The notes under the pieces: generated by a model
Database searches by the model: none
What the model saw: only the letters and a program-made list of their open reading frames with translations
What the model was told of the DNA's origin: nothing
Source: a virus
Lineage: Duplodnaviria; Caudoviricetes
Strand: one strand, 5' to 3'
IMG/VR virus record: IMGVR_UViG_3300032295_003787
Span: 387-64,386 of that record
Length of the DNA stretch: 64,000 nucleotides
Shown here: positions 1 to 9,752 of the stretch, in pieces
Layout of the letters: each line of letters begins with the position of its first letter
Position numbering within the stretch: position 1 is the first letter of the stretch
Program-made: the position numbers and the translations under genes

Positions 1-2
1 TT

Positions 3-356
3 CGTAACACCCCAATAATCTCCGTTTCTGAGGTTTCCCTGAGAACCCCAGAGGGTGATGCTGTTGTTCAGATGTTCGAAAGAGACTACATAGTTCACCG
101 TTATGGAATTGACATGTACCGGGCCATGCCCAACGACGAAGTAACCGTCACCTACACAGCCGGTCTAGACGGGGACCAAATCCACGTATTTAAACTCATG
201 ATTCTTCGCGCAGCTACACGAGAAATGCAGAACATGCATGACGACGTCGTTGGCGTAAAGGACCTCAATCCACGCGGCGTTGCCCCAATGGAGACTGGAT
301 TTCTTGAGAAGGAGCTCATGGCAATCAAGCGCTGGAGAAGGCGTCGTATCGCATGA
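3..356 (+). CDS. Head-tail adaptor/neck protein, 5'-truncated by window edge
   Basis: Frame is open from base 3. Contains a VTVTYTAG motif typical of head-completion proteins and lies upstream of the neck/tail genes. Confidence 0.5.
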   Translation, partial: RNTPIISVSEVSLRTPEGDAVVQMFERDYIVHRYGIDMYRAMPNDEVTVTYTAGLDGDQIHVFKLMILRAATREMQNMHDDVVGVKDLNPRGVAPMETGFLEKELMAIKRWRRRRIA

Positions 357-817
357 GCGACAAGGTAAAACTGTCCGTCAGCATAGACATCGGAAACCTT
401 GACAAAAAGCTTTTCAAGATGTCCTCACGGGCCCTGACGATGCTTCCACTACTTCCGGAAGCCAAGACGCGTCTAGAAATGTCTAACGCTGCAAACTTCG
501 CGTCTAACGGGCTTCTGGCGGGCGGATGGGCTCCACTGGATGCCCAATATGGTTCATGGAAGGCAATTGCGTTCCCTGGTGCTCCGCCAATGGTTAGAAC
601 TGGTCGGCTGTTTTCAAGCCTTGCAAACCTCTCTAATACAGCCCTCCGCATGTCCAATACCGAGTTTGAATTTGGAACTACGGTTTCGTACGCCAAGTTT
701 CATCAGATGGGGACAGAAAAGATGCCCAAGCGTCAAATAGTTTTCGTTCCTAGAAAGTTTGCCGAGTGGGTTGGCTCATCTTACGCCTCTTGGGTTGTAC
801 AGGGAGAAGTCTCATGA
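353..817 (+). CDS. Phage virion morphogenesis (Mu gpG / tail-S-like) neck protein
   Basis: RTGRL..SL and GT.V.YAKFHQ.GT.KMP.R motifs typical of this family; synteny. Confidence 0.7.
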   Translation: MSDKVKLSVSIDIGNLDKKLFKMSSRALTMLPLLPEAKTRLEMSNAANFASNGLLAGGWAPLDAQYGSWKAIAFPGAPPMVRTGRLFSSLANLSNTALRMSNTEFEFGTTVSYAKFHQMGTEKMPKRQIVFVPRKFAEWVGSSYASWVVQGEVS

Positions 818-1404
818 CGCTGGAAACAATGTTTGGGGCTCAGTTTGCTAAGCAATATGTCAACGGGTATCTGGAGAAAGATATTCCGCAAAGAATCATC
901 AGATACAGAAACTCATGGAATCTCGACTCAACGGCGCTTCCTTCCCCGGAAAAGTACATAACGTACGAGCCACTAGCTCTCGATGAATGGCCAACAATTA
1001 TTACTGTTGCCATATCGACAAAGAGATTTGAACGAGAAAACTACGTTGGCAACAACGACCCGATGTACACCGTCATCTATGGAATGCGTACGTACGTCTG
1101 GGTCAGAACAGAGGGCTCAGAGGCTGCAACGCTAATGAGAGACCAGCTAACAACGGTTGTCAGGTCTGCCCTTCTTGACCACCCATGTTTGTCAAGGGCA
1201 TACACAACAAGAAGCGCAAAAATACTAGAGGAAACATTAACAGAAGAGTTTTCTGAATTAACGCTATTAAAGGGTGACCGTGTAATGGCTGGTGCTTATT
1301 TAGGTTATGATATAGAGCTAGAAGAAGTAATTACGCGTGAACCGTATGGGACGCTTAATGAAATAGACTTTACTGCAATGACAATGAATCAGCTAGAGGC
1401 CTAA
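814..1404 (+). CDS. Putative tail completion/terminator protein
   Basis: ATG at 814 overlaps the previous stop (ATGA). Position is between neck and sheath; function inferred from synteny only. Confidence 0.45.
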   Translation: MTLETMFGAQFAKQYVNGYLEKDIPQRIIRYRNSWNLDSTALPSPEKYITYEPLALDEWPTIITVAISTKRFERENYVGNNDPMYTVIYGMRTYVWVRTEGSEAATLMRDQLTTVVRSALLDHPCLSRAYTTRSAKILEETLTEEFSELTLLKGDRVMAGAYLGYDIELEEVITREPYGTLNEIDFTAMTMNQLEA

Positions 1405-1408
1405 AGTT

Positions 1409-1774
1409 ATGAAAATTTTTAAAACAGCACAAACTTCACTCCCCGGTGATTGTGAAGGAATGACGCAGTATGTCAACGAGACAGGTGGACCAATTCAGGT
1501 CAGCTCCACAGGAGACTACATCGGTCCAGGAGAAGCTGTAGTTTCTTTTGAGAACCTTCAAATAAAAATAGCTCTCAAAAATGGTTTTCTTGCTATTTAC
1601 GATTTTTCTTCTTCTGAAAAAGAAGTTGCATCAAGTGATGCAAAAACTGGAAAAAAATACAAGAAAGCTGATTCTGCGGCAGAAGTTGCCGAATTAGAAA
1701 TCACAGAAATAGCGCCTACTGAAGAAACAGCAGAAGAAGATTCAGTAGTTGCAACAGAAACAACCGAAATCTAA
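1409..1774 (+). CDS. Hypothetical protein with acidic C-terminus
   Basis: 121-aa ORF packed in the operon. Confidence 0.5.
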   Translation: MKIFKTAQTSLPGDCEGMTQYVNETGGPIQVSSTGDYIGPGEAVVSFENLQIKIALKNGFLAIYDFSSSEKEVASSDAKTGKKYKKADSAAEVAELEITEIAPTEETAEEDSVVATETTEI

Positions 1775-1827
1775 CTATAATCAGTTAGGTTTTATTTTAA
1801 TAGTTCCATTTGGGACGGAGGAACAGT

Positions 1828-3291
1828 ATGCCAGGTGTAGTCGTTACAACAGCAGTAAGAACAGGGCCAACAGCGGTTCAAGTCATTCCAACAGCTACTG
1901 CTTTTGTTGCTGGTGTTACAAGCCGCGGTCCTTCGGGTTCTGCGACGCTTATCTCTAGCTTTGCTCAGTATGAAGCGTTGTTTGGCGGTTACACATCCTC
2001 CGGTTATGTACATCAAACTGTAAAGACCTTTTTCGAAGAAGGCGGAGCACGCATTTACGTGTCTCGCGCAGTTGGAACAGATTCAGAATCAGCAACCTGC
2101 GTTCTTTTGAACAGTGAATCAACACCAGGTACATCCATCACGCTAACAGCTGCAGGAAAAGGCACATGGGCACACTCCGGTGTTCTTGAGGCAACCGTAA
2201 CAAACCCAGCAAGTACAAGCTTTAGAGTTTCGATTTTGCTAAACGGTGCAGAGGTTTACACTTCAGGAATATACACCTCTGCAACAAAGGCTGATTTCAT
2301 CAACGAAATCAACAACAGCCCTGTTGCTGCTCTCTACGTGACCGCAGCATCAACCGGCTCAACAATTCCAGTAGCTGTTGCTGCAAAAGATTTTAGCTCT
2401 GGTGACGATGGCGATACGGTTGTCGCGGCAAACATCGTCGCAGCGATTGGTTACTTCACCTACGACCTTGGCCCCGGCGCACTAATGGCTCCAGGTTTTT
2501 ACGACTCAACCACCGTTGATGCTCTTGTTGCAAACGCAAACACCAACCACAGAGTGGCTTTGTCAAGCGTGGCAGCTGGAAGTAACGCCGCAGACGCAGT
2601 GACAGCTGCCTCTGCATACCTCGGTGATGAAAACTCAGAACACCTTGCGGTCTACTGGCCATGGGTAAAGGTGCCAAATGGTGGTCTCACAATGACAATT
2701 CCACCAGAAGGATTTGTTGCTGCCCGCAGAGCCGCTACACAGAACTCTCGTGGCGTATGGTTCCCATATGCTGGAGAAGCTGGCGCTGCATCTTATGTGG
2801 TTGGCCTCGAGACTGTTGTTTCAAAAGAAGACACAGACACTGTTGATGCCGGAAGCGTAAACGCCATTCGCATTGTTCAGGGAAGCCTTCGAATTTACGG
2901 AGCTCGCTCGATGTCCGCAGACACTGACAACTTCCGCTTCATAACCGGACAAGAAGTTCTTAACTACATCGTCTACTTGGCAGAACGAGACCTCGAAGCT
3001 CTCATCTTTGAACCAATCGATGGTCGTAGAACATTGTTCGCTCGTGTTGCTTCAACACTTACAGCAATTCTTGACCCAATCGCAAAAGCTGGCGGACTTT
3101 TTCCGGCTTTCGATGTTAACGGAAACCAGATAGACGCTGGATATTCTGTAGTTGTTTCAGACGCACTCAACCCAGTAACACAGCTTGCAGAAGGCAAGAT
3201 TGTTGCCAAGGTTGGAGCACGCGTTACTGGAATAGGTGACAAGATTGAAGTCGAAGTCACAAAATCATCACTCACATCTTCACTGGTTTAA
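1828..3291 (+). CDS. Contractile tail sheath protein
   Basis: MPGV start, AFVAGVTSRGP, YWPWVKV, PPEGFVAA, VNAIR..G.LRIYGARSM and LIFEPID sheath motifs; GGAGG RBS. Confidence 0.9.
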   Translation: MPGVVVTTAVRTGPTAVQVIPTATAFVAGVTSRGPSGSATLISSFAQYEALFGGYTSSGYVHQTVKTFFEEGGARIYVSRAVGTDSESATCVLLNSESTPGTSITLTAAGKGTWAHSGVLEATVTNPASTSFRVSILLNGAEVYTSGIYTSATKADFINEINNSPVAALYVTAASTGSTIPVAVAAKDFSSGDDGDTVVAANIVAAIGYFTYDLGPGALMAPGFYDSTTVDALVANANTNHRVALSSVAAGSNAADAVTAASAYLGDENSEHLAVYWPWVKVPNGGLTMTIPPEGFVAARRAATQNSRGVWFPYAGEAGAASYVVGLETVVSKEDTDTVDAGSVNAIRIVQGSLRIYGARSMSADTDNFRFITGQEVLNYIVYLAERDLEALIFEPIDGRRTLFARVASTLTAILDPIAKAGGLFPAFDVNGNQIDAGYSVVVSDALNPVTQLAEGKIVAKVGARVTGIGDKIEVEVTKSSLTSSLV

Positions 3292-3303
3292 TTGAGGTAA
3301 AAA

Positions 3304-3789
3304 ATGGCAAAAAGAATTTCACAGCGGCAGGTACTGGCTGAAATAACGCCCGACGCTACTATGGGCACAGCAGGACCGAGAATTGGTAGCAATGCCGAGG
3401 CTGGAACCTTCTTTGCTCAGGTTTCGGGTGGAGAAATAACTGCTTCGGTAGAAAAAATTTACCTTGGTGGACAGGCTTTTCCTGAAACACTTTGCGCTCC
3501 GGCAGAAGTTGGTGACATTACAGTCACCAAGCACTACTCAGACAGCGAAAGAACACTCCTTCACCAGGCACGTCAGGTCGTTGGCCGCGCGTACTACACG
3601 ATTAAAATCTATGATGCCGATTGTGATATAGCTAACTTTCAATCAGAGCGAATTTATTCAAAGGCTCTCCTTGTTGGTGTAACCGAACCAGAGGGTGACT
3701 CATCTTCCGGTGCTCCAGCAACATATGCGCTTACATTTGCAATCTCTGGTGTTCCTTCCCAGGGAAGCACCGCGACTCCTGGTCGATAA
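3304..3789 (+). CDS. Tail tube protein
   Basis: 161 aa directly after the sheath; FAQVSGGEI and GDITVTK pattern of gp19-like tube proteins. Confidence 0.75.
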   Translation: MAKRISQRQVLAEITPDATMGTAGPRIGSNAEAGTFFAQVSGGEITASVEKIYLGGQAFPETLCAPAEVGDITVTKHYSDSERTLLHQARQVVGRAYYTIKIYDADCDIANFQSERIYSKALLVGVTEPEGDSSSGAPATYALTFAISGVPSQGSTATPGR

Positions 3790-3836
3790 ATAATACGTTC
3801 ACTGCATAGCAGGAATGTCGTGATAGTGTTCACTTC

Positions 3837-4343
3837 ATGACAGACGAACTGTATTTTATCCCAGAAGAAGAAACCCAAACGAGCGACTTTGCCGCTAGTG
3901 AGGAAACGATTCTCGACCAGCTCAAGGACGTTATCTCTAAAAAGGTATCGCGCCCAGAAATTTTTATTGATGTTCCTGAACGCCCAGGTGTAAAGCTTCT
4001 GATTAGCCCAAACATCTCTCAGAATCAGCTTCGTGCATGGCAGCGTAGTTGTGGTTCAGAGTCCAAGAATGGTCTTGATGCAATCAAATTTGCCTGCACC
4101 GTTATTGGACAAACCACTCGTGGTATCTACTTCAATGGTCAGGAAGTTTTTGAATCAGGCAAACCTCTTGGCTTCGCCTCTCCTTCAGTGCTTGCGATGA
4201 CAGGGGCAACTCGAGCCATTCCTGATTGTGTTCAGACTTTCTTTGGTCTTGACCCCCACCTTGAGTCTGCCGCTCTTGCGATTATTGACTCGGCAGGGTA
4301 CGGGGACACGATTGAGGCGGAAAAGGAAAACCCTACGAAATAG
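3837..4343 (+). CDS. Tail assembly chaperone
   Basis: Between tube and tape measure; ends ENPTK over a GGAAAAC slippery-like site. Confidence 0.65.
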   Translation: MTDELYFIPEEETQTSDFAASEETILDQLKDVISKKVSRPEIFIDVPERPGVKLLISPNISQNQLRAWQRSCGSESKNGLDAIKFACTVIGQTTRGIYFNGQEVFESGKPLGFASPSVLAMTGATRAIPDCVQTFFGLDPHLESAALAIIDSAGYGDTIEAEKENPTK

Positions 4344-4516
4344 TCCTTGACGAGCTAGTTAAGGACTCGCGGATTATTTCCGCGGCGAGAATGGGTAAGG
4401 CCTTTGGAACTGACCCGGTAGAGATACTTCGCTGTTCAGAAGAAGAATGGCTAATAAGGCACGCATGTGCTAAAGTTATTGAGGCGGACAACGAAGAGCA
4501 GAACGCTGCGACTTAG
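4340..4516 (+). CDS. -1 frame extension of the tail assembly chaperone (G/GT-type frameshift product)
   Basis: The -1 frame is open across the stop (IVLDELVKDSRIISAARMGKAFGTDPVEILRCSEEEWLIRHACAKVIEADNEEQNAAT*) and fills the gap before the tape measure gene. Confidence 0.55.
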   Translation: MVLDELVKDSRIISAARMGKAFGTDPVEILRCSEEEWLIRHACAKVIEADNEEQNAAT

Positions 4517-4531
4517 TAAATAGGATGTCGT

Positions 4532-7500
4532 ATGGCAGAAGTTGAAAACGTAGTTGTCAGGGTTGCTGGGCAAGGATTTGAAAAGCTATCGGCAAAGATG
4601 GCCGCCCTTGGCGCACAATCAAAGTCTCTCGACAGCAGAATAAACAAGACCTCAAAAAGTTTTACAAAACTAAATGGGTCGATGTCTGCGTCAACAAACC
4701 AGCTAAGAAAACAAGCTGCGGCAACGACCAACCTTGCTCAAAAACAACAAATTCTTACCGAGTATATGAATCGCGGTTCAAGAGGTTTTTCGAAGTTTGC
4801 TAAAGCTGCAAGATTTCTTATGTTTGCGGTTATTGGTTTGGGTATTGAGTTTGCTGTCACTGCTGGCTCACTAATGCTAGTTAATGCCGCGTTTGCTGCA
4901 GGTAATGCAATAATGAAGGCATACAAGTGGTCAATGGGTGGTGTAGCTGCCGCCGCCGCTGCCGTTGGCGCTGCTCTTGCTATAGCAGCAGCAGCTCAAA
5001 GAGAATATACAGCAGCCCAGTTTGCTCATACTCAAAAAGCAACACCAAAATTTGGTTCGGCAATGAACTACAGCGTGTCGATGCTGAGAAACCTAACATC
5101 AGATACCGAGCTTGCGGTGTTTGGCATTGAAAACCTTAATGCCGCGTTTGCTGCGGTAAGCAAGAACAGTCAGTTTACTGGAAAGTCACAGCAAGTAATT
5201 AGAGCTTTGAGAGACTTTGCCGCTATAGGTGGAGACCCGGGGAAGAACCTTGCGGGAATAGGTGAGTTTGTAGGTCTTCTTCAAAAAGAAGGAAAAGTTA
5301 CCGCCAAGGTAAGTGCAGCAGCTCAGGCTATTGGCCCAGAGTTTGAAAAAGCCTTTAAGAAAATAAAGAAGAGCGGTGGCGGGGTAAACGAAATATTTAG
5401 CTCAATCTTGTCTGGCGACATGTCTGCTGCTGCTGGAATCACTGGACAGGCAGACCTAGTTGGCAATACCCTTGTAGGAACGTTTAAGAAGTATAAAACG
5501 ATTCTCGTTGGCTTGTTTGCCGACATAGGAACACCTTTATTAGCAAGTGCAACAGACACACTGAGACAATCGTTTAACATCATTAAAAATGGCGTTCAAA
5601 GAATATCTCCAGGACTAACACAATTTGGAAAAGGCAGCCTTCTCCCAACAATCCTTAAAGCTGTCGAAAAAATAACAGAATTTACTGTAAAACTTTTTAA
5701 CGAATACCTGCCCAAATCAGAAGGAATGCTTGGAGACATAAAAGGCTGGTGGCTTCAGTTTAAAAGCATTTTTGAAAGAACAAAAAATACACTCAACGAG
5801 CTAAGAGAGGGCGGCTCGATAGTTATTGACATGTTTGCAATACCTCTCAAAGAATTATTTAAAGGTATTGGCGAAAACGTCAAAGCTTTCGCTCAACTTG
5901 CTGTTGAAAATAAGGACGACTTTATAGCCTTTGGCGAAGGCCTTGGTGGCGTGGTCGACAAACTAATGCTTTTTGCCCAAAAGTTTAAAGAGGCGTTTGC
6001 GGCCGCCTTGCCAACTATTAACCAAATACTCACTATTGTTGAAAAAGTAATTGCCGCAGCTGCAAAAATTGTTGAAGTTATTGCGAAAATACCTTTTGGT
6101 GGAGAAATGCTCATGGGCATCGCCGGATATGGTGCGTTCAAAGGGCGAAGAAGTGCTCAAAGAGCTGCGCGGGCAAGCGGAGGGAAGGCTCAGAACAAGT
6201 ACCAGCACATGGGTAACGCTGCAATGGCAATGATGGGAATGCCAATGTATGCAGGACAGGGTTTGTATGACTTTGACCCAAACACTGGAGATGCACTCTT
6301 GGACCCCAATACAGGAAGGCCAATATCTGCCGCTAGAAGAAATACCGACGCATCGCGAGCAAGAATAAAGACAGGAAGAGTTGGCTCAAGATTATTTGCT
6401 GGCGGGAAACGCCAGGGATTACTAAACGTAGCAAGTAGGATTGGTGGACAATTTAACCCATCGGCATCCCGGCAAATAGCAATGGATGAATGGACTTTTC
6501 ATAACGAAAACATCTATGACCCCGACAAGGTAAATAGAGTTCCGGCAGGTACGCCGGGAGCAAAATATGACCCAGCTCTTGGTTACTACACAACAAAGGG
6601 TGGATTAACCGCAAACCCAAATCAGCTAACCGGTCGTAAAGCAAAAATAGGTCGTGCCAAAGCCGGACTAAAAGGTGGGTTTGGCATGGGTGGAATGGCT
6701 GCCGGTATGGCTATATCGGCTTTTGCTAACTCAGGTATGGCTCCCTCTTTTATGAAAGAAAACTCTGGAGCTATAAACATGGGCGCAGGACTGATGGCTA
6801 TAAACCCAATGCTTGGTCTTGCAGCAATGGGTGGAGGAACTCTTTTTAATCTAATGAAGGGAACTGGAGCAAGAACAGCCGGAGGAGGAGCATTGACCGG
6901 CGCTGCTGCTGGCGCGGCAATGGGTGCATTTGCAGGACCTATAGGAATGGCCGTAGGTGGACTTATTGGTGGTGCAATTGGATTTTTTGGTGGTAAAAAA
7001 GCCGAAAGAATGGTTGCAAAAGAAGCAGCAAAAAGCGCTTCAGCAAAAAATATTGGTAAAGTTGTAAATAAGTTTATTGCGGGAGATACAAGAGGCGCAA
7101 AAGGTGTTGTTGGAGAGATGACCGCAAACGCATCAAAATTCAATGCGATGACAGCTTCCCAGCAAGAGACATACATATCTGGTCTTGAAAAAAGCGGTGT
7201 TCTAACAAAAACCCAAGCCCAAAGAGCCAGACAGAACAAAGGGACTTTTGGTGGAGAACTAGAAACAATAGCCAAAGACACTGGTGTTGTAACAAAATCT
7301 CTTACCAATTCTTTTGAAAACCTTATGAATGGTCTTCAGGGCTCTACAGGAATGGCGCGAGACGAAATACTCGACCTGGCCAAAAGCATGGGTGTAAACC
7401 TTTACGACCCAACATTGAAGCTAACTGACGCAATCAGTGGACTAGGCAAACAAATGGACCTTACTGTTGAAGGTCTAGCTGCTTCTGGAACAGATGCAAT

Positions 7501-8713
7501 CCTTAGAGCAAATCGTACTTTTGATGACATGTTTAAAGCAGAAGAAATAACCAACGCAATGAACTCGGCAGGAAGGGGTATTTCACAGGCTGGGGGAGGT
7601 TCGCGTAATGACTACATCGACTTGATGCAAAAAACTACAGAATATTTAGCAAACCAAAACCCCGACAACCCTCTTGCTCAGCTTTACGCTTTTCAGGGAA
7701 TGTACGGCGAGGGCGGAACGGCATTCACTGCAGGCAATCAGCTTTCCAATGTTGGTAGAGAAAATTTTGTTGCAAATGCAGGTCCGCAATATGAGCAGCT
7801 AGTTGCAGCGCAGGCATCAAATCTGGCCACAGACAGGTCGAGAGCTATAACGCAGCTAATGAACGAGGGTGGATTTGAATTCACAGATGGAGCAGCCGGT
7901 TTTGCCGGAATTAAATCACAACTTGAGGCTCTATATACATCTAAAGACCCAGCAGACCAGGCAAAAGCAAAGAATCTGGAAAATCTCCTAATTAGCGGAA
8001 CTGGCCTTGGAGGTAGTGCTGCTGAAATAACACAAACTCTCACAAACCTTGGTTTTGATATATCTGCAGGCGGAAAGCTAAAAGAGAGCACTGCGGGTAC
8101 TCTGACTGAACAGCTTACAAATCAGCAAGCCGCCCTCAAACAGGACATTGTAGCCGCAATTGGCACTGGGTTTGACGTCAAGCCTGACTGGTGGAATGGA
8201 ACTCCAGCATGGTGGAACGACCCACCTGGCGACGACACATCATCTCCACGTGCTTCTTCCGTTGGAGACACTGTTTCTTCTCGTCTTGGGCGCACCATGT
8301 CAAGGCACAATTACTTTGATTCAACAATGACTGGCAAACGTACAGTTACATCAGCATGGAGAAACTATGGACTTGGCTCTCCTAGCTCCGACCACGTAAC
8401 AGGAAATGCATATGACCTGGTTGGTCAAAACCTTGGCCAATATGCCACTACAATCAACAAAGCTGGCGGATTTGCAGAATTCCACGGAGCAGGCGGTTCA
8501 AGACACCTGCATGTTGTGCCTCCTTCGTCACCGGTGGGAGACTCTGGAACTTCAAGAATAGGACAAGTCGCGCCACCTGCTAACCAGCAACCAAGTGGCG
8601 GAGCTGTAACAATAAATGTGTACGCATCAGAAGGTCAGAGCGAGCAAGAAATAGCAAGAGTAGTTATGAATGAAATATCAAAAGCTCAAAGAAACTGGAA
8701 GGAGAGAAGATAA
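4532..8713 (+). CDS. Tape measure protein with C-terminal LAS/M15-like peptidase motif
   Basis: 1393 aa, Ala/Gly-rich helical with hydrophobic segments. C-terminal SDHVTGNAYD...HLHV matches SxHxxGxAxD...HxH. Confidence 0.85.
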   Translation: MAEVENVVVRVAGQGFEKLSAKMAALGAQSKSLDSRINKTSKSFTKLNGSMSASTNQLRKQAAATTNLAQKQQILTEYMNRGSRGFSKFAKAARFLMFAVIGLGIEFAVTAGSLMLVNAAFAAGNAIMKAYKWSMGGVAAAAAAVGAALAIAAAAQREYTAAQFAHTQKATPKFGSAMNYSVSMLRNLTSDTELAVFGIENLNAAFAAVSKNSQFTGKSQQVIRALRDFAAIGGDPGKNLAGIGEFVGLLQKEGKVTAKVSAAAQAIGPEFEKAFKKIKKSGGGVNEIFSSILSGDMSAAAGITGQADLVGNTLVGTFKKYKTILVGLFADIGTPLLASATDTLRQSFNIIKNGVQRISPGLTQFGKGSLLPTILKAVEKITEFTVKLFNEYLPKSEGMLGDIKGWWLQFKSIFERTKNTLNELREGGSIVIDMFAIPLKELFKGIGENVKAFAQLAVENKDDFIAFGEGLGGVVDKLMLFAQKFKEAFAAALPTINQILTIVEKVIAAAAKIVEVIAKIPFGGEMLMGIAGYGAFKGRRSAQRAARASGGKAQNKYQHMGNAAMAMMGMPMYAGQGLYDFDPNTGDALLDPNTGRPISAARRNTDASRARIKTGRVGSRLFAGGKRQGLLNVASRIGGQFNPSASRQIAMDEWTFHNENIYDPDKVNRVPAGTPGAKYDPALGYYTTKGGLTANPNQLTGRKAKIGRAKAGLKGGFGMGGMAAGMAISAFANSGMAPSFMKENSGAINMGAGLMAINPMLGLAAMGGGTLFNLMKGTGARTAGGGALTGAAAGAAMGAFAGPIGMAVGGLIGGAIGFFGGKKAERMVAKEAAKSASAKNIGKVVNKFIAGDTRGAKGVVGEMTANASKFNAMTASQQETYISGLEKSGVLTKTQAQRARQNKGTFGGELETIAKDTGVVTKSLTNSFENLMNGLQGSTGMARDEILDLAKSMGVNLYDPTLKLTDAISGLGKQMDLTVEGLAASGTDAILRANRTFDDMFKAEEITNAMNSAGRGISQAGGGSRNDYIDLMQKTTEYLANQNPDNPLAQLYAFQGMYGEGGTAFTAGNQLSNVGRENFVANAGPQYEQLVAAQASNLATDRSRAITQLMNEGGFEFTDGAAGFAGIKSQLEALYTSKDPADQAKAKNLENLLISGTGLGGSAAEITQTLTNLGFDISAGGKLKESTAGTLTEQLTNQQAALKQDIVAAIGTGFDVKPDWWNGTPAWWNDPPGDDTSSPRASSVGDTVSSRLGRTMSRHNYFDSTMTGKRTVTSAWRNYGLGSPSSDHVTGNAYDLVGQNLGQYATTINKAGGFAEFHGAGGSRHLHVVPPSSPVGDSGTSRIGQVAPPANQQPSGGAVTINVYASEGQSEQEIARVVMNEISKAQRNWKERR

Positions 8714-9747
8714 TGGCTTTAGTAAATGGAAGATATACACCAGAATCAATAACAAGTATTTCTAGAAAAACAATTCCTAGTACAACAACGATAATTGTTA
8801 GAACAAGAATTCCAACCGAAGAAAATAAGAGTCTTTTTGACTACGCGACAGCCAACATTTCCATAGGGCAAACAGCTGCAACAAGAAAAATGATTCAAAA
8901 AGTAAACCCAGCTAATTTTTATGAATTTACATTTCCTCCAACACAGATTGCCTACGAAGGAATGGGTGTTGATATTCAAGAAATACCTCGTCCTCTTCTT
9001 ACCCCATTAATCGACATAAGAGGCAGCAGGAACTATAAGGCCGTATTTGAGTTTCTTGTTGCTGAACAATTTGACGGCTTAAGTAAAACTGTAGAACAAC
9101 AGCTTTCAACTCTTGAGTGGTTTGCAAACTCTAGTGAGCCTGTTTATTTCGAAAACTTCGATACTTTCTTAACAAACGGATATTGGTATATAGCAGAGTT
9201 TTCAATAAAAACAAGCAGGGTAAATACAAACGGAGAAATAGTTGCTGCGCAGTGTTCTATTGGTCTTCTTGAGTATCAGTCAACTGATACTAAATTCGCC
9301 AAATTTCCAAAAATTAACTACACTTCTTTGTCTGGTAGAAAAAAGGGAGGCGGAGGCGGAGGCGGGCAAACCGGCACTGACCTAAACCCTTTAGGTACTT
9401 CTGCTACGCAATCGGGTTCAGCAACAGGACCAACAGGACCTACTGGACCAACAGGCGCGACCGGGCCAAGCACCGTTGCGCCAGTGGTTGTTGGCTACAG
9501 GTGGGTCAGGGATATCGCTCCAAATCAAAACGATAGATACAAAAATGCATGGATTCAAAGAAAAGGAACAACTCAATGGGTTCTTTACTCTAAAACAGCT
9601 GCATTTCCATACAGCAATGGATTTATAGACTTATACAAGGCGACTGCAACACCTGAGCAAGTTTTAAGCACGGACTATAAAGGCGGCGTAAGGGCTAGCT
9701 ATCTAAAATCTACGAATGCTCTAGCTGCGGTAAGCCAGAATAGGTAG
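8713..9747 (+). CDS. Putative tail tube initiator/baseplate protein with short Gly/GPT linker
   Basis: Follows the TMP; FTFPPTQI..EIPRP pattern; synteny. Confidence 0.45.
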   Translation: MALVNGRYTPESITSISRKTIPSTTTIIVRTRIPTEENKSLFDYATANISIGQTAATRKMIQKVNPANFYEFTFPPTQIAYEGMGVDIQEIPRPLLTPLIDIRGSRNYKAVFEFLVAEQFDGLSKTVEQQLSTLEWFANSSEPVYFENFDTFLTNGYWYIAEFSIKTSRVNTNGEIVAAQCSIGLLEYQSTDTKFAKFPKINYTSLSGRKKGGGGGGGQTGTDLNPLGTSATQSGSATGPTGPTGPTGATGPSTVAPVVVGYRWVRDIAPNQNDRYKNAWIQRKGTTQWVLYSKTAAFPYSNGFIDLYKATATPEQVLSTDYKGGVRASYLKSTNALAAVSQNR

Positions 9748-9752
9748 ACAAA

